Under the pieces are notes generated by a model. That model was not told the origin of the DNA. It saw only the letters and a program-made list of their open reading frames with translations, and ran no database searches. The translations under genes were made by a program, and so were the position numbers. From an uncultured virus (IMG/VR IMGVR_UViG_3300021171_000137) (Duplodnaviria > Heunggongvirae > Uroviricota > Caudoviricetes), in IMG/VR virus record IMGVR_UViG_3300021171_000137: 64,000 bases of DNA, one strand, 5' to 3'. This document shows positions 29,514 through 39,762 of the stretch, in pieces. Position 1 is the stretch's first letter; every line of letters starts with the position of its first letter.

Positions 29514-29795
29514 ATGATCAAGCCCACAGTCGGCCGACAAGTCTGGTTTTGGCCAGACGAAATGTTTCCGGGGTCCAGGCCCATTCCGGATCCAGGCGAG
29601 GGTCCGGTACCGCTGGCGGCCACGGTCGTGTTCGTGCATAGCCCGAACTTGGTGAACCTAGCCGTGTTCGACTGTTACGGGAACCTGTTCTCACAGGAGA
29701 AGGTTTACCTAGCGCAGGACGGGGCTGTGGCTCCGGTACCGTTTTGTACGTGGCCCGTGCGCGAAAGCGATCGCGACAGCGAGCGCACAGGCTGA
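29514..29795 (+). CDS. Conserved phage hypothetical protein
   Basis: KPTVGRQVWF...AATV..V...LVNLAVFD. Confidence 0.65.
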   Translation: MIKPTVGRQVWFWPDEMFPGSRPIPDPGEGPVPLAATVVFVHSPNLVNLAVFDCYGNLFSQEKVYLAQDGAVAPVPFCTWPVRESDRDSERTG

Positions 29796-29833
29796 CACAG
29801 CACACCGACGCGTAGGCCGCGATCGAGGCCAGG

Positions 29834-29864
29834 GGCGCCCTCTTCCAGAGGGCGTTTCTTTTTT
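29834..29864 (+). terminator. Rho-independent terminator
   Basis: GCGCCCTCT-tcc-AGAGGGCGT followed by T-rich tract. Confidence 0.65.
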
Positions 29865-29897
29865 CCCGATACGTTCACTCACGGAGAGCTATCCAAA

Positions 29898-30236
29898 ATG
29901 GGAGCCCTGACCTCTGCCCTGTCCGCCCAGATGATCCAGGCCATCGCGGCGGGCGACACGCAAACGCTTGCGCAAGTGCTGAACCAGCTGATGCGAGCGC
30001 CGCAGACCGGCCCGACCGTCGCCACGACCTATCCAGGCAACGGCATCCCCTACACGAATCCGGGCCCTTATCTGCAAACGGTCACCATCGACGGTGGCAC
30101 CATCACCGTGATCACACTATCGCAGGGCGGCATCACGGGCCTTACCTCGGGCCAGTTTTTGCTGCGGCCAGGCGACGCTGTGACATGCACGTCCAGCGTC
30201 AATCCGACCGTGTTCAACGTCACCAATATCCTCTGA
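29898..30236 (+). CDS. Putative virion accessory protein
   Basis: GGAG RBS; Thr/Gly-rich beta composition. Confidence 0.6.
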   Translation: MGALTSALSAQMIQAIAAGDTQTLAQVLNQLMRAPQTGPTVATTYPGNGIPYTNPGPYLQTVTIDGGTITVITLSQGGITGLTSGQFLLRPGDAVTCTSSVNPTVFNVTNIL

Positions 30237-30245
30237 GGTTATCCG

Positions 30246-30959
30246 ATGACATCCCTGACTCCAGCGCAAGCGCGCGCCATTGCCAGCGGGGATGCGCCCA
30301 GCACGGCCGCGGCCGTAGCGCAGGCAATCAGCGGCGGGGGCGGCGGCGGTATGACGAATCCGATGACCGCTTCCGGCGATCTGATCGACGGCGGCACAAG
30401 CGGCACGCCGGAGCGGATACCGATCGGATCTACTGGCCAAGTCCTGACGGTCGTTGCGGGCGAACCAGCGTGGGCAGCGGCCACCGGTCTTGCCAATCCG
30501 ATGACCACGGCTGGCGACATCATCATCGGCGGGGTTTCCGGAGCAGCGGCAAGGCTTGGCATCGGCACCGCCAACTACGTTCTGACTTCGGTGGCGGGCG
30601 CTCCAGCATGGACTGCGCTTCCGGCCACTGGGAGTGCCCCACCGATTAACCCGCAAACCGGGACGAGTTATCACCCGGTTCTCGCCGATGCGCCACAGTC
30701 TTCGAATTACGAGGGCTGGGTCACCATGAACAACGCCTCGGCCAACAACGTGACGCTCGACCCGCACAGCACGACGGCCTGGGTCACGGGTACGCTCATT
30801 GTCGTGCCACAACTTGGCGCCGGACAGACGGCGTTCGTGGCAGGTGCCGGCGTGACCTTTGCGAACCCCAGTTCGCTCACGGCGCGCGCCCAAAACTCCA
30901 CCATATGGGCCAAATATTTGGGCAGCGATACCTGGCTGATCGGTGGGGACCTGACGTGA
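30246..30959 (+). CDS. Head/tail fibre-like protein
   Basis: Two NPMTxxGDxIxGG...RxxIG repeats; C-terminal QLGAGQ...WLIGGDL domain. Confidence 0.65.
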   Translation: MTSLTPAQARAIASGDAPSTAAAVAQAISGGGGGGMTNPMTASGDLIDGGTSGTPERIPIGSTGQVLTVVAGEPAWAAATGLANPMTTAGDIIIGGVSGAAARLGIGTANYVLTSVAGAPAWTALPATGSAPPINPQTGTSYHPVLADAPQSSNYEGWVTMNNASANNVTLDPHSTTAWVTGTLIVVPQLGAGQTAFVAGAGVTFANPSSLTARAQNSTIWAKYLGSDTWLIGGDLT

Positions 30960-31630
30960 CTGGCGCTTTAGCGACGCGCTATCGCAGCAGCATCATCGTC
31001 AGCACTGCGCTGCTGCACTTCGATGGCACGAATGGTTCGACCACCTTTACCGACGTTTACTCAAGTACGTGGTCGGGTAGTAGTGCGACGCTATCGACGG
31101 CACAGCAGAAGTTCGGCCCCAGTTCGCTGTTGCTTCCTGGCGGTGCTTTTATAAGCACGAGCAACGATATCTTCGCTGCGCTCCTTCAGGATTGGACCTA
31201 TGAGGCTTTTGTCTACGCCATCAGCATTGGGGGATCACAGGTTATCTTCGGTTCACAAGGTGCCGGATTTTCGGGAGTGCTTTTATTTCTAAACGGCGGC
31301 GTGATCACTTTGCTATGCGGCAGTGCTGACGGCGGTACCAATTGGAGTGTCGCGTTTACCTCGGGTGCAACTCTGTCAACGGGCACCTGGTATCACGTGG
31401 CAGGTGTCAGGCACGGAAATAATTTCAACACCTACTTGAACGGTGTTTCACAAGGATCCGCTACGTATAGCGGTTCAATTATCAAAGGCATGACGGGCCA
31501 GGCGATCGGAGCGGCTAATGCTGGCGGCACTAGCAGCTGGAACGGATACGTTGACGAAGCACGCATTTCCATGGGAGTCGCGCGCTACACAGCGAATTTC
31601 ACCCCGCCTGCGGCGCCCTTCACCTATTAA
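30956..31630 (+). CDS. LamG/concanavalin-like domain protein
   Basis: ALLHFDGTNGSTTFTD...WYHVAGVR...GYVDEARISMGVARYTANFTPP. Confidence 0.8.
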   Translation: MTGALATRYRSSIIVSTALLHFDGTNGSTTFTDVYSSTWSGSSATLSTAQQKFGPSSLLLPGGAFISTSNDIFAALLQDWTYEAFVYAISIGGSQVIFGSQGAGFSGVLLFLNGGVITLLCGSADGGTNWSVAFTSGATLSTGTWYHVAGVRHGNNFNTYLNGVSQGSATYSGSIIKGMTGQAIGAANAGGTSSWNGYVDEARISMGVARYTANFTPPAAPFTY

Positions 31631-31639
31631 AACGATGCC

Positions 31640-34600
31640 ATGCCATTCGATCCGGGCTACGCCGGCACTGCCGTTACCGAAGGCGCCGGCATTGCGTTCA
31701 TCACCCCGGACGGCCTGTGCCTGTTCCTGAAGCGCTCGAGCCGCGGCGATCACGCGGGCGAATGGTGCCTGCCAGGTGGCACCGCGAAGGATGATGAAAC
31801 ACCGCTCGAGACGGCTCGGCGCGAGGCGATCGAGGAAATTGGTGACATCCCGGAAGGAAAGCTGCGCGAGCTGGCGCATCTGACACTGGATGGCGTCGAA
31901 TTCGTCACCTTCGTGCAGCGCGTCAAAGATGACCTCTTCGCTCCGGAATTGAACTACGAACACACGGATCACATTTGGGCGCAGATCGACGATCCGCCCG
32001 AACCGCTGCACCCTGGCGTAGAACGCATCCTGCCGATGCTTGCCGCGGCGCGCATGGGAATGGACGCTGAGTGGGACGAGTCCAAGCACCCGCGCGACGA
32101 GGGTGGACGGTTCGGTGAGGGCGGTGGCGCTGCGCCATTCAACCGGGAAGCCAATCGGGCTAAACAAAAGGATCTACTGCGGCAATCCAATGCGCTGCGG
32201 GCGAGCAACCCACAGGAAAGTCGCCGTCTGTATGAACAGGCCAACGCGCTCCAGGAAGAAGACCTAGCCAACGAAAAGAAGGAAAAAACGGCCGCGAAAC
32301 GTGCCGCAACCGTGCAGGCGAAAAAGAGCGCTGCACAAGCTGAGCACATCGACGAGCACGGCTTCACGCGCGCCGCGGGCCTGAGCCCTGAGCACCGCGC
32401 GATCGAGCAGGGCTTCTACGACGCGATCCGCCACAACCCGAAGGCGCTGATCGGTACCTATCGCAAGCGCTTCGGCAACGTGATCGATCCGGACAAGGTG
32501 AAACTCCTGTCCCGATCGTTCGTCGGCGATCGCAAGCTCGCGCCGGTGGTTCATGAGCCCTCTTCGCTGCTGTCGAAGATGATCTTCACGGCGGCACTGA
32601 AGGACAAGGCCGCGCGCGGCGATAAGAGCCCGACCTTGTTCACGGCCGGCGGCAGCGGGTCGGGCAAGTCCGAAGCGATGGACGTCGCGATCCAGGCGCT
32701 AGGGCTGCCTGACGATGGCTTGACCTTCGATTCGACGCTGTCGAACACGAAGTCCGCGATCAAGAAAATCGACGAGGCGCTGAACACGGCCCCGGGCCCG
32801 GTCAGCATCGTTTACACGAACTCGCCCATCGAGAAGGCTTTCGCGTTCAACGCGATCCGCAAGCGGGCCGTACAAGGCGCAACGCTCGAGCACGCGCATC
32901 TGGGCGCCTCGAAAACGGTGCGCGAACTGGCGCAGCACTATGCGGGCAATCCCAGAGTCAAGATCAATATCCTGAACAATCAGGGCCACCTGGGCGATAT
33001 CCACGTCGGATCGATCGATGATGTTCCGAGGTATGATCCAGAGGTCATCAAGTCGTCTCTGAAACTCGTTGCCAAAAAGCTGCTCGACGATGGCCGAATC
33101 AAGCAAGACCGATACGAATATCTCACTGGATCCGGCCAAGGTGGCGGAAGCCGTGAAGAAGTTCGCGGCCAAACATCAGGGCAAGACCTTGGTGGATCTG
33201 GCGAACGAAGCGGACGACCAGGCGGACCAGGAAGCGCAAGCCTTCCTGAAGGATCATCCGGACGAGACAGTTCCGTAGACGATAGCGGGCGCCCTGCCCG
33301 CTTGGCTGGCGATGAGCTGGCCGAAGATCCCGAACTGGCATTCGATCGCGCCACCGGCGAACGGCTGGCGTTCGATCGCGCGAGCGTGCGCAGCTACGAC
33401 CAGGACGGCCGGCTGCACATCGAGGTCGCCAACATCAGCAAGGCGACCGTCAACCCGTACTACGGTTTCGAGATTCCGGACGCCGAAGAACTCGGGCTCG
33501 AACCACGCAAGGTCTATTACCTGCTGCGCGATCCGCAGGAATTGGCCAAGGCGGTTCCGACCTTCAACAACATTCCGCTCCTGTCCGATCACCGGCCCAC
33601 CACCGCTGATGACCTGGACAAGGAACTGGTGATCGGGTCGACCGGAACGGATGCAGCCTTCAATGCGCCGTACCTCACCAATTCGCTCGTGTTCTGGGAC
33701 GGGGACGCGTGCGACCAGATCGAAACGAATCAGACGCGTGAACTGTCGGCTTCGTACCGGTACGTGGCCGATATGACGCCGGGCGTATTCGAGGGGCGCC
33801 GTTACGACGGCGTGATGCGTGAAATCCGAGGCAACCATGTCGCACTGGTGCGGGACGGTCGCGCGGGATCCGACGTAATCGTGGGAGATAGCCAACCAAA
33901 GGAGTCAGGTCAGATGGGAACCACCCAGCAAGTGCTGTCACGGAAGGCCATGCTGGCGAAGGGAGCCTTGCTCGCGGTCCTTCCGCCACTGCTGGCAAAA
34001 GACGCGCGCCCCGCGTTCGCAAAGGATCTGAACAAGATCCTGATCGGGTGCGCCTCGGATAACTGGAAGACGAAAAAGCCCGAAATCATCGCCGCCGTTC
34101 GCAAGCTGAAACTGCCGGCGACTGTCCTGGCCAAGGATGCGAGCGTTGCATCCCTGACGCAATTGCTTGACGGGCTCGAGGGCGAAGCCGGGGGCGAGCC
34201 GCCAGCTGGCGAGCCGGCGCCCGGCGGCGCCGAACCGCTGGATTCCGATTATGGTGCAGCCGGTGATGCCCCGCCGGCCGAAGGCGAACCGCCAGCCGCG
34301 CCGGCCGCCGCAGCACCGGCGGCACCGGGCGCCAAGCCGGGGGAAGCCGATCCGGTGAACGAAATCCTGGAGGCTTTAAAGCCCCACCTGAAGCCTGAGC
34401 ATCACGCTTGGCTGGGCGAAAAGCTCAAGGCGCTGCGCCCCGCCGGCCCGCATGCCGAAATTGCGCCAGCGGGCTCGCCCACTCCGGCAGAAACGAAGCC
34501 GGCCCAGGATGAACCGCCTGGCGGCGAAGGTCAGCCCAAACCCCCAGCAACCTCACCCGGCAAGGACCCCCTCAAGGACAAGGACGCAGCCATGACCCAA

Positions 34601-34957
34601 GCAGTCAGCAAGGCCGCCATGGACGCGGCGATCGCCGAGGCGACCAAGAACACGCGCAAGGAAACCATGGCGCAGATGCGCGCCCTGGCCGACGCCGAGG
34701 CCTTCGTGCAGCCGTGGGTCGGCAAGCTCACCCTCGCCTGCGATACGGCTGAGGGCGTCTTCAAGGCGGCGCTCGAAGCCTTGGAAATCGACTTAACCGA
34801 CGTGCACCCGACCGCCTACAAGCACATTCTGGCCGCGCAGCCCAAGCGCCGGCCCGACGGTGAGCCGCCCCCGCGCATGGCGGCGGACTCCGCGGCGACG
34901 GTCGACAGCGTGATTGCCAGTCTGTCGCCAGCCGCGGCAGGCCTGCGCGTCGTGTAA
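31640..34957 (+). CDS. Polyprotein: NUDIX hydrolase + zeta-toxin-like P-loop kinase + DUF2213 prohead protease/scaffold
   Basis: Complete Nudix box [22 protein letters not shown]; Walker [19 protein letters not shown]...[11 protein letters not shown]...ELSASY...[13 protein letters not shown]. Confidence 0.88.
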   Translation: MPFDPGYAGTAVTEGAGIAFITPDGLCLFLKRSSRGDHAGEWCLPGGTAKDDETPLETARREAIEEIGDIPEGKLRELAHLTLDGVEFVTFVQRVKDDLFAPELNYEHTDHIWAQIDDPPEPLHPGVERILPMLAAARMGMDAEWDESKHPRDEGGRFGEGGGAAPFNREANRAKQKDLLRQSNALRASNPQESRRLYEQANALQEEDLANEKKEKTAAKRAATVQAKKSAAQAEHIDEHGFTRAAGLSPEHRAIEQGFYDAIRHNPKALIGTYRKRFGNVIDPDKVKLLSRSFVGDRKLAPVVHEPSSLLSKMIFTAALKDKAARGDKSPTLFTAGGSGSGKSEAMDVAIQALGLPDDGLTFDSTLSNTKSAIKKIDEALNTAPGPVSIVYTNSPIEKAFAFNAIRKRAVQGATLEHAHLGASKTVRELAQHYAGNPRVKINILNNQGHLGDIHVGSIDDVPRYDPEVIKSSLKLVAKKLLDDGRIKQDRYEYLTGSGQGGGSREEVRGQTSGQDLGGSGERSGRPGGPGSASLPEGSSGRDSSVDDSGRPARLAGDELAEDPELAFDRATGERLAFDRASVRSYDQDGRLHIEVANISKATVNPYYGFEIPDAEELGLEPRKVYYLLRDPQELAKAVPTFNNIPLLSDHRPTTADDLDKELVIGSTGTDAAFNAPYLTNSLVFWDGDACDQIETNQTRELSASYRYVADMTPGVFEGRRYDGVMREIRGNHVALVRDGRAGSDVIVGDSQPKESGQMGTTQQVLSRKAMLAKGALLAVLPPLLAKDARPAFAKDLNKILIGCASDNWKTKKPEIIAAVRKLKLPATVLAKDASVASLTQLLDGLEGEAGGEPPAGEPAPGGAEPLDSDYGAAGDAPPAEGEPPAAPAAAAPAAPGAKPGEADPVNEILEALKPHLKPEHHAWLGEKLKALRPAGPHAEIAPAGSPTPAETKPAQDEPPGGEGQPKPPATSPGKDPLKDKDAAMTQAVSKAAMDAAIAEATKNTRKETMAQMRALADAEAFVQPWVGKLTLACDTAEGVFKAALEALEIDLTDVHPTAYKHILAAQPKRRPDGEPPPRMAADSAATVDSVIASLSPAAAGLRVV
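33090..33278 (+). CDS. Overprinted small acidic protein (candidate antitoxin)
   Basis: +1 frame inside the polyprotein linker; this frame has GC-rich third positions while the host frame is G/S/R low-complexity with many A/T-ending codons. Confidence 0.6.
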   Translation: MAESSKTDTNISLDPAKVAEAVKKFAAKHQGKTLVDLANEADDQADQEAQAFLKDHPDETVP

Positions 34958-34993
34958 GCGCCGGTTCCCTCTTACCCATTTCGGAGCCATCAC

Positions 34994-36169
34994 ATGTTCC
35001 CTGGACAAGTAAACACCGTACCCGGCGTAGGCGTGGCCGGCGACTTCGCAAGCACGAATATCCGCGCATCGGTGATCAACGGGCCGGGCGCGTTCGTGGC
35101 GGCCGCGGCCGGCATTGTCATCGGTGCCTTTGGCTGGGCCGATGCGAGCAACAGGTTCGTGAGCAACGCCGGGATCGGCGCGCCCACCGGCTTTGCCGGT
35201 CGGCACCCGGGCGCGGCCCTTATCACGCAATTCCTGGCCGACAACACCCAGATCATCCCGCAAGGCCTGGGCGTGACCCTGTACAGCGAGGGCGAATTCT
35301 GGGTACTGAACAGCGGCTCGAGCGCGTCGGCCATCAACAACAAGGCCTACGCGAATAACAGCACGGGCTTGGTGACGTTCGCCGCCACCGGCACCCCGCC
35401 GGCTGGCGCAACCAGCACGGCCTCGTCGATCGCGCTGAACAACACGACCGCTGGCCACCTGGACTTGCTGGCCGCCACCGGCTACGTCGTGCCGTACACC
35501 GGCGCGGGCGGCGGGGGCTTGCTGAATGTCACTGTCACGGGCGGTTCGATCGGGCCGGGAATGGTGCTGTCTGGCACCAACCTGGATCCGGCCACGACCG
35601 TCGTGAAACAGCTCACCGGCTCCACGGGATCGACCGGAACCTACCAGGTCAACATTTCGCAGACCGTGGGTTCGTCCGGCACGCCGATCACGCTTACGGC
35701 GCCGAACTGGTCGACCCTGACCATCGCGACCACTATCACGGGCGCCTTCCTTCCGGGGCAAACCCTGACCGGTACCGGCGTTGCCGCGGGCTCCACGATC
35801 TACCAACAGCTCACGGGAGCCACGCCCTCGACCAACGGGGCGACCTTCTCGGTCTTTTCTGCGATTGCCCAGACGGCGGCCACGTCGACCTCGATCACGG
35901 CTTCCGGCGGAACACTGACGGTCGGGGGCACGCTTACCGGCACCTTCGCGGTCGGGGATCTGCTGACCGGCTCGGGCGTGAACGCGGGCACGTCCATCAT
36001 CGCGCTGGGCACGGGCACGGGCGGGGCGGGCACGTATTACCTGAACCAGGGCCAAACCCTGTCCTCGCAGGCGATCAACGCCAACTCCGGCACCGAAACC
36101 AAGTGGTACGCGCTGTCGGTCGGTCAACCCGGCGAACTCGTCAAGATGAGCAGCTGGCCGCTCGGCTGA
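34994..36169 (+). CDS. Capsid decoration/cement protein with repeated beta-module insertion
   Basis: GVAGDFASTN N-terminus, GELVKMS C-terminus; lies between scaffold and capsid genes. Confidence 0.75.
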   Translation: MFPGQVNTVPGVGVAGDFASTNIRASVINGPGAFVAAAAGIVIGAFGWADASNRFVSNAGIGAPTGFAGRHPGAALITQFLADNTQIIPQGLGVTLYSEGEFWVLNSGSSASAINNKAYANNSTGLVTFAATGTPPAGATSTASSIALNNTTAGHLDLLAATGYVVPYTGAGGGGLLNVTVTGGSIGPGMVLSGTNLDPATTVVKQLTGSTGSTGTYQVNISQTVGSSGTPITLTAPNWSTLTIATTITGAFLPGQTLTGTGVAAGSTIYQQLTGATPSTNGATFSVFSAIAQTAATSTSITASGGTLTVGGTLTGTFAVGDLLTGSGVNAGTSIIALGTGTGGAGTYYLNQGQTLSSQAINANSGTETKWYALSVGQPGELVKMSSWPLG

Positions 36170-36206
36170 TCGCCAAACCCTACCCCACCGAGAAGGATCA
36201 CTGAAA

Positions 36207-37319
36207 ATGGACAGAATGCCCGACAGACTCGCATACGACCTGTCGTTGCGCGAGCAGCGCGCGGTGCTCGATTTTTACCGCGAAACCTATGGCATCGCTT
36301 TTGACGGCGCTCAGGTGTTCGTCAAGCCTTCCTGGAAGCGCGACTTCAAGGGAGCCTACGACGCGCAGCCGCAGCTTGTTACCACCCCGCAGTCCGGCAT
36401 TCCGGCCTTCCTGGTCACGTTCCTGGATCCGGAAGTGCTGCGGATCCTGACCGCGAAGAACGCCGCGGCTGAAATCTTCGGCGAAGTCCGCAAGGGCTCA
36501 TTCGTCGACGTGACGGCCGTCTTCTCGGTCGTTGAACACACGGGCGAGGTCTCGACCTACGGGGACTTTTCGCAGGCGGGCAAGTCCGGCGCCAACACGA
36601 ACTTCCCACAGCGCGAAAACTACCTATACCAGACCATCGCCGAGTACGGCGAACTGGAAATGGAGCGCATGGGCGCGGCCAAGATCGGCTGGGCCTCGGA
36701 ACTGAAGCAGGCTTCGATCGTGAACCTGAACAAGTTCCAAAACCTGTCCTACTTCTTCGGCATCGCCGGCCTTCAGAACTACGGGTTGCTGAACGATCCG
36801 TCTCTTCCTGCGGCGATCGCGCCGGGACCAAAGGCGGCCGGGGGCCTGACCTGGTTCATCGGCAACAGCCCCAACGCGACGGGCCTGGAGGTCTACAACG
36901 ACATCGTCGCCCTGGTCGTGCAGCTCATTGCGCAATCGGGCGGCAACATCAACGCCGAATCCGACATGGTGCTGGGCATGTCGCCGCACTCGGCGGGCGC
37001 GCTCAATTTCACGAACACGTACAACGTGAACGTGAAAACGCTGCTTGGCACCAACTACCCGAACCTGAAGGTGGTTCCGGCCATCCAGTACGGGGCCCTG
37101 ACCACTCAGAACGCGCAAGGGTCGGCGGCGGGCGAAATCGTGCAGCTGATCGCTACCAAGGTCGAAGGCCAGGAAACGGGCTACTGCGCGTTCAGCGAAA
37201 AACTGCGCGCCGGCCCGATCATCCGCGACCTTTCGAGCTACAAGCAAAAGATGACGCAAGGAACGTGGGGCGCAGTCATCCGCCAGCCATTCGCCATCGC
37301 GCAGATGATTGGGGTCTGA
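36207..37319 (+). CDS. Major capsid protein (DUF2184-like)
   Basis: SGIPAFL, GEVSTYGD, YFFGIAGLQNYGLLNDP, TWGAVIRQPFAIAQMIGV. Confidence 0.9.
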   Translation: MDRMPDRLAYDLSLREQRAVLDFYRETYGIAFDGAQVFVKPSWKRDFKGAYDAQPQLVTTPQSGIPAFLVTFLDPEVLRILTAKNAAAEIFGEVRKGSFVDVTAVFSVVEHTGEVSTYGDFSQAGKSGANTNFPQRENYLYQTIAEYGELEMERMGAAKIGWASELKQASIVNLNKFQNLSYFFGIAGLQNYGLLNDPSLPAAIAPGPKAAGGLTWFIGNSPNATGLEVYNDIVALVVQLIAQSGGNINAESDMVLGMSPHSAGALNFTNTYNVNVKTLLGTNYPNLKVVPAIQYGALTTQNAQGSAAGEIVQLIATKVEGQETGYCAFSEKLRAGPIIRDLSSYKQKMTQGTWGAVIRQPFAIAQMIGV

Positions 37320-37340
37320 TCGCGGTTCGAAGCTGAATGC

Positions 37341-37362
37341 GCCGCCTACGGGCGGTTTTTTA
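37341..37362 (+). terminator. Terminator after the capsid gene
   Basis: GCCGCC-tacg-GGCGGT followed by T-run. Confidence 0.75.
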
Positions 37363-37523
37363 TTGACGGCGCCGAAAGCCTAGGACAGTACCGGGCAGCC
37401 CACTGGTCCAGGTGAACCGCGCCGAAGTCCCGCGCTGCCGCGGGAGAAGCCCGCGCGGGGCATGCAATGTGTCCCGCGCGGGTTGCAGTTCGAAATTTTC
37501 CCTCATTTTGAAGGAATGCACAC

Positions 37524-37985
37524 ATGGCACCCACAGCACCGGCGACCAACTCGACGGAAACCGTGACGATCGCTTGCAAACTGCCGCACGGCCTGGTTCT
37601 TCGTGTCTTCGACATGGTCGAATTCGACGAACCGGTGCTGGGGGGCGGGTTTCGCAAGAGCAAGATTTCGCAGGAACGGCCGGAACGGTTCGTGATTAAC
37701 GGCTTTTCCCATCCGCAGAACCGCGCGGCCGCTCACCCGATCATCGAGGGGTTCGCGCTCACGCCAGGCGTGCCGAAGGAACTGTGGGAGAAGTGGCTGG
37801 ACCAGAACCGCCGTTCCGACATGGTCAAAAACGGCCTCATCTTCGCGCAGCCAAGATCGGAAAGCGCAGAGGCCATGGCCAAGGAACGCAAAGCGACGAG
37901 GTCGGGCCTGGAGCGTTTGGACCCGAATGCGCTGCCCGGCGTGAGAATCGACGCCGAAGCCATGGCCGCGCGCCGGCCGGCTTGA
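37524..37985 (+). CDS. Conserved post-capsid phage protein
   Basis: IACKLPHGL...GFALTPGVPKELWEKW...VKNGLIFA. Confidence 0.7.
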   Translation: MAPTAPATNSTETVTIACKLPHGLVLRVFDMVEFDEPVLGGGFRKSKISQERPERFVINGFSHPQNRAAAHPIIEGFALTPGVPKELWEKWLDQNRRSDMVKNGLIFAQPRSESAEAMAKERKATRSGLERLDPNALPGVRIDAEAMAARRPA

Positions 37986-37986
37986 A

Positions 37987-38487
37987 ATGACCACCCCGGC
38001 CGGATCGGTCGCGTTCGACTGGTCGTTTTTCTCGACCCGTTACGCGGAACTGGCCTCGGCCGGCATAGCACTCGCGCAGCTCTACTTCAACGAAGCTTGC
38101 CTCTATTGCGATAACACGGCCGCGAGCCCGGTGAAAGATTCCAGCGTCGGCGGCCAGCGCTACCTATTCCTGCACATGATCACGGCGCACGTCGCGGCCC
38201 TGAACATGCCGGTGGCGACCGCTTCCGGCACCACTCCTTCTTCCCCGTTGGTTGGCCGGATCAGCAGCGCCACCGAGGGCAGCGTCACCGTGCAGGCTGA
38301 ATTCAAGGTCCCGGAAGGCACTCCGCAGTTCTGGGCCCAGACCAAGTACGGCGTCGCGTTCTGGGTGGCCGCGCTCCCGTACCGGCAGTTCTTCTACATC
38401 GTCGGCCCGAAACGGCAGTTTGATCCGTATCCGTACAGTCGGCCCGACTACTGGCAGGGCGATCCGGTCAACCCACAGGTGCGCTGA
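37987..38487 (+). CDS. Head-tail adaptor (DUF4054-like)
   Basis: LVGRISSATEGSV...FWAQTKYGVAFW. Confidence 0.8.
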   Translation: MTTPAGSVAFDWSFFSTRYAELASAGIALAQLYFNEACLYCDNTAASPVKDSSVGGQRYLFLHMITAHVAALNMPVATASGTTPSSPLVGRISSATEGSVTVQAEFKVPEGTPQFWAQTKYGVAFWVAALPYRQFFYIVGPKRQFDPYPYSRPDYWQGDPVNPQVR

Positions 38488-38718
38488 TGGGACGAGAAGT
38501 GATCAAAGTCACCGTGGATGATGAATCGAGCTTGGTCCTGGTCCAGACGGACAGCCTGTGCTGCGTTAAGCACACCGGTGGCCTGATAGCTAGCGTGATC
38601 GATCAGTCCTGCCGGCAGCTGCATTGCACCCACGGCGATCTGATCGAGGCGGTTGCAACGTCTCTCGCGGAGAACTTCCGGGTTTTCCGCGAACGCGTTG
38701 CCCGGGACCACTGACGCC

Positions 38719-39261
38719 ATGGCGGGACAGGCGCTCGAGGGCGGGGAAAAGCTCAAGGCCTATCTGGAAAAGCTGGGTCAGCAGATCACGAAGAAGGCGA
38801 CGCTTAACGTCGGATTTCTGGCCGGGGCGACGTATCCGACTGGCATGCCGGTGGCTGCGGTTGCGGCGATTCAAGAATTCGGGGCGCCTCGAGCCAGCAT
38901 TCCGCCGCGCCCCTACTTCCGTACGATGGTGAAGGCCGAGAGCCCGCACTGGGGCCCGGACCTGGGGAAACTTCTGAAGGCGAACAAGTTCGATGCGTCG
39001 CGCGCGCTGGCCCTACTAGGCGAGCAGATCCGCGACGAATTGCAGCAATCGATCGTCGACACCAACACACCGAGCCTGTCGCCGGTGACGCTGATGCTGC
39101 GCAAGATGAAATCCGACAACCAGGCCCTTGTCGTTACAGGCCGCGTGGTGGGCGAGGCGGCCGCGCGCGTAGCGGCTGGCGAGAGTGCCGGGGGCGTGTC
39201 GACGAAACCGCTGGTCGATTCCGGCCATCTGCTCGATTCGGTCGACTTCGAGGTCATTTGA
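38719..39261 (+). CDS. Neck/tail completion protein
   Basis: VGFLAGATYP, IQEFG, IPPRPYFR, KPLVDSGHL. Confidence 0.8.
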   Translation: MAGQALEGGEKLKAYLEKLGQQITKKATLNVGFLAGATYPTGMPVAAVAAIQEFGAPRASIPPRPYFRTMVKAESPHWGPDLGKLLKANKFDASRALALLGEQIRDELQQSIVDTNTPSLSPVTLMLRKMKSDNQALVVTGRVVGEAAARVAAGESAGGVSTKPLVDSGHLLDSVDFEVI

Positions 39262-39444
39262 AATGGCAATGCCTTGCGGGTGCATGTTCTCTGACGCTTG
39301 GCGCTGCGCCGTGCAGCGCAGTTTGTCGACCGTGGCTTGCCATTGCCGTTGTCATCGCCGCGATAGCGAGCCAGCTAGCTTTTTCGAGCGCTTCGACGCT
39401 TGGCAGCGCGGTGAGGTTCGCGGCGATCAGCTCAAGCTATTCAC

Positions 39445-39762
39445 ATGATCATCACTCCCGTAATCGGTCGTCGCGTCTACCCGAAGGAAGACGGCTGGCT
39501 GCCAAACCTCGAGCCAGGCGATTACGGGCACATTGGCGAAGGGGTGGCCAAGACTCACCCGGGAGCGGCCGGCTGGATGGGCGTGACGCCCGATGGGCAC
39601 CATTGCAACCTGCGCGGGCACAAGGTCGTTGAACACGAAGACGGCACGATCACGGTGTCGCCCTCGATCCTGATCAGCATTCCGGCGCGGGCCGATCTTG
39701 GCCGGCCGAAACAGGAACTCTGGCACGGGTTTCTTGAGCGCGGCGTCTGGCGGGCCGTGTGA
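39445..39762 (+). CDS. DUF6527-like protein
   Basis: HEDGTITVSPSI...WHGFLERGVW. Confidence 0.55.
   Translation: MIITPVIGRRVYPKEDGWLPNLEPGDYGHIGEGVAKTHPGAAGWMGVTPDGHHCNLRGHKVVEHEDGTITVSPSILISIPARADLGRPKQELWHGFLERGVWRAV

Noticed and set aside
34793..36127. Long antisense ORFs (this 444-aa one, 51478..52674, 23896..24660 and similar)
   Set aside because: Arg/Gly/Ala-rich shadows opposite well-supported genes, expected in high-GC DNA.
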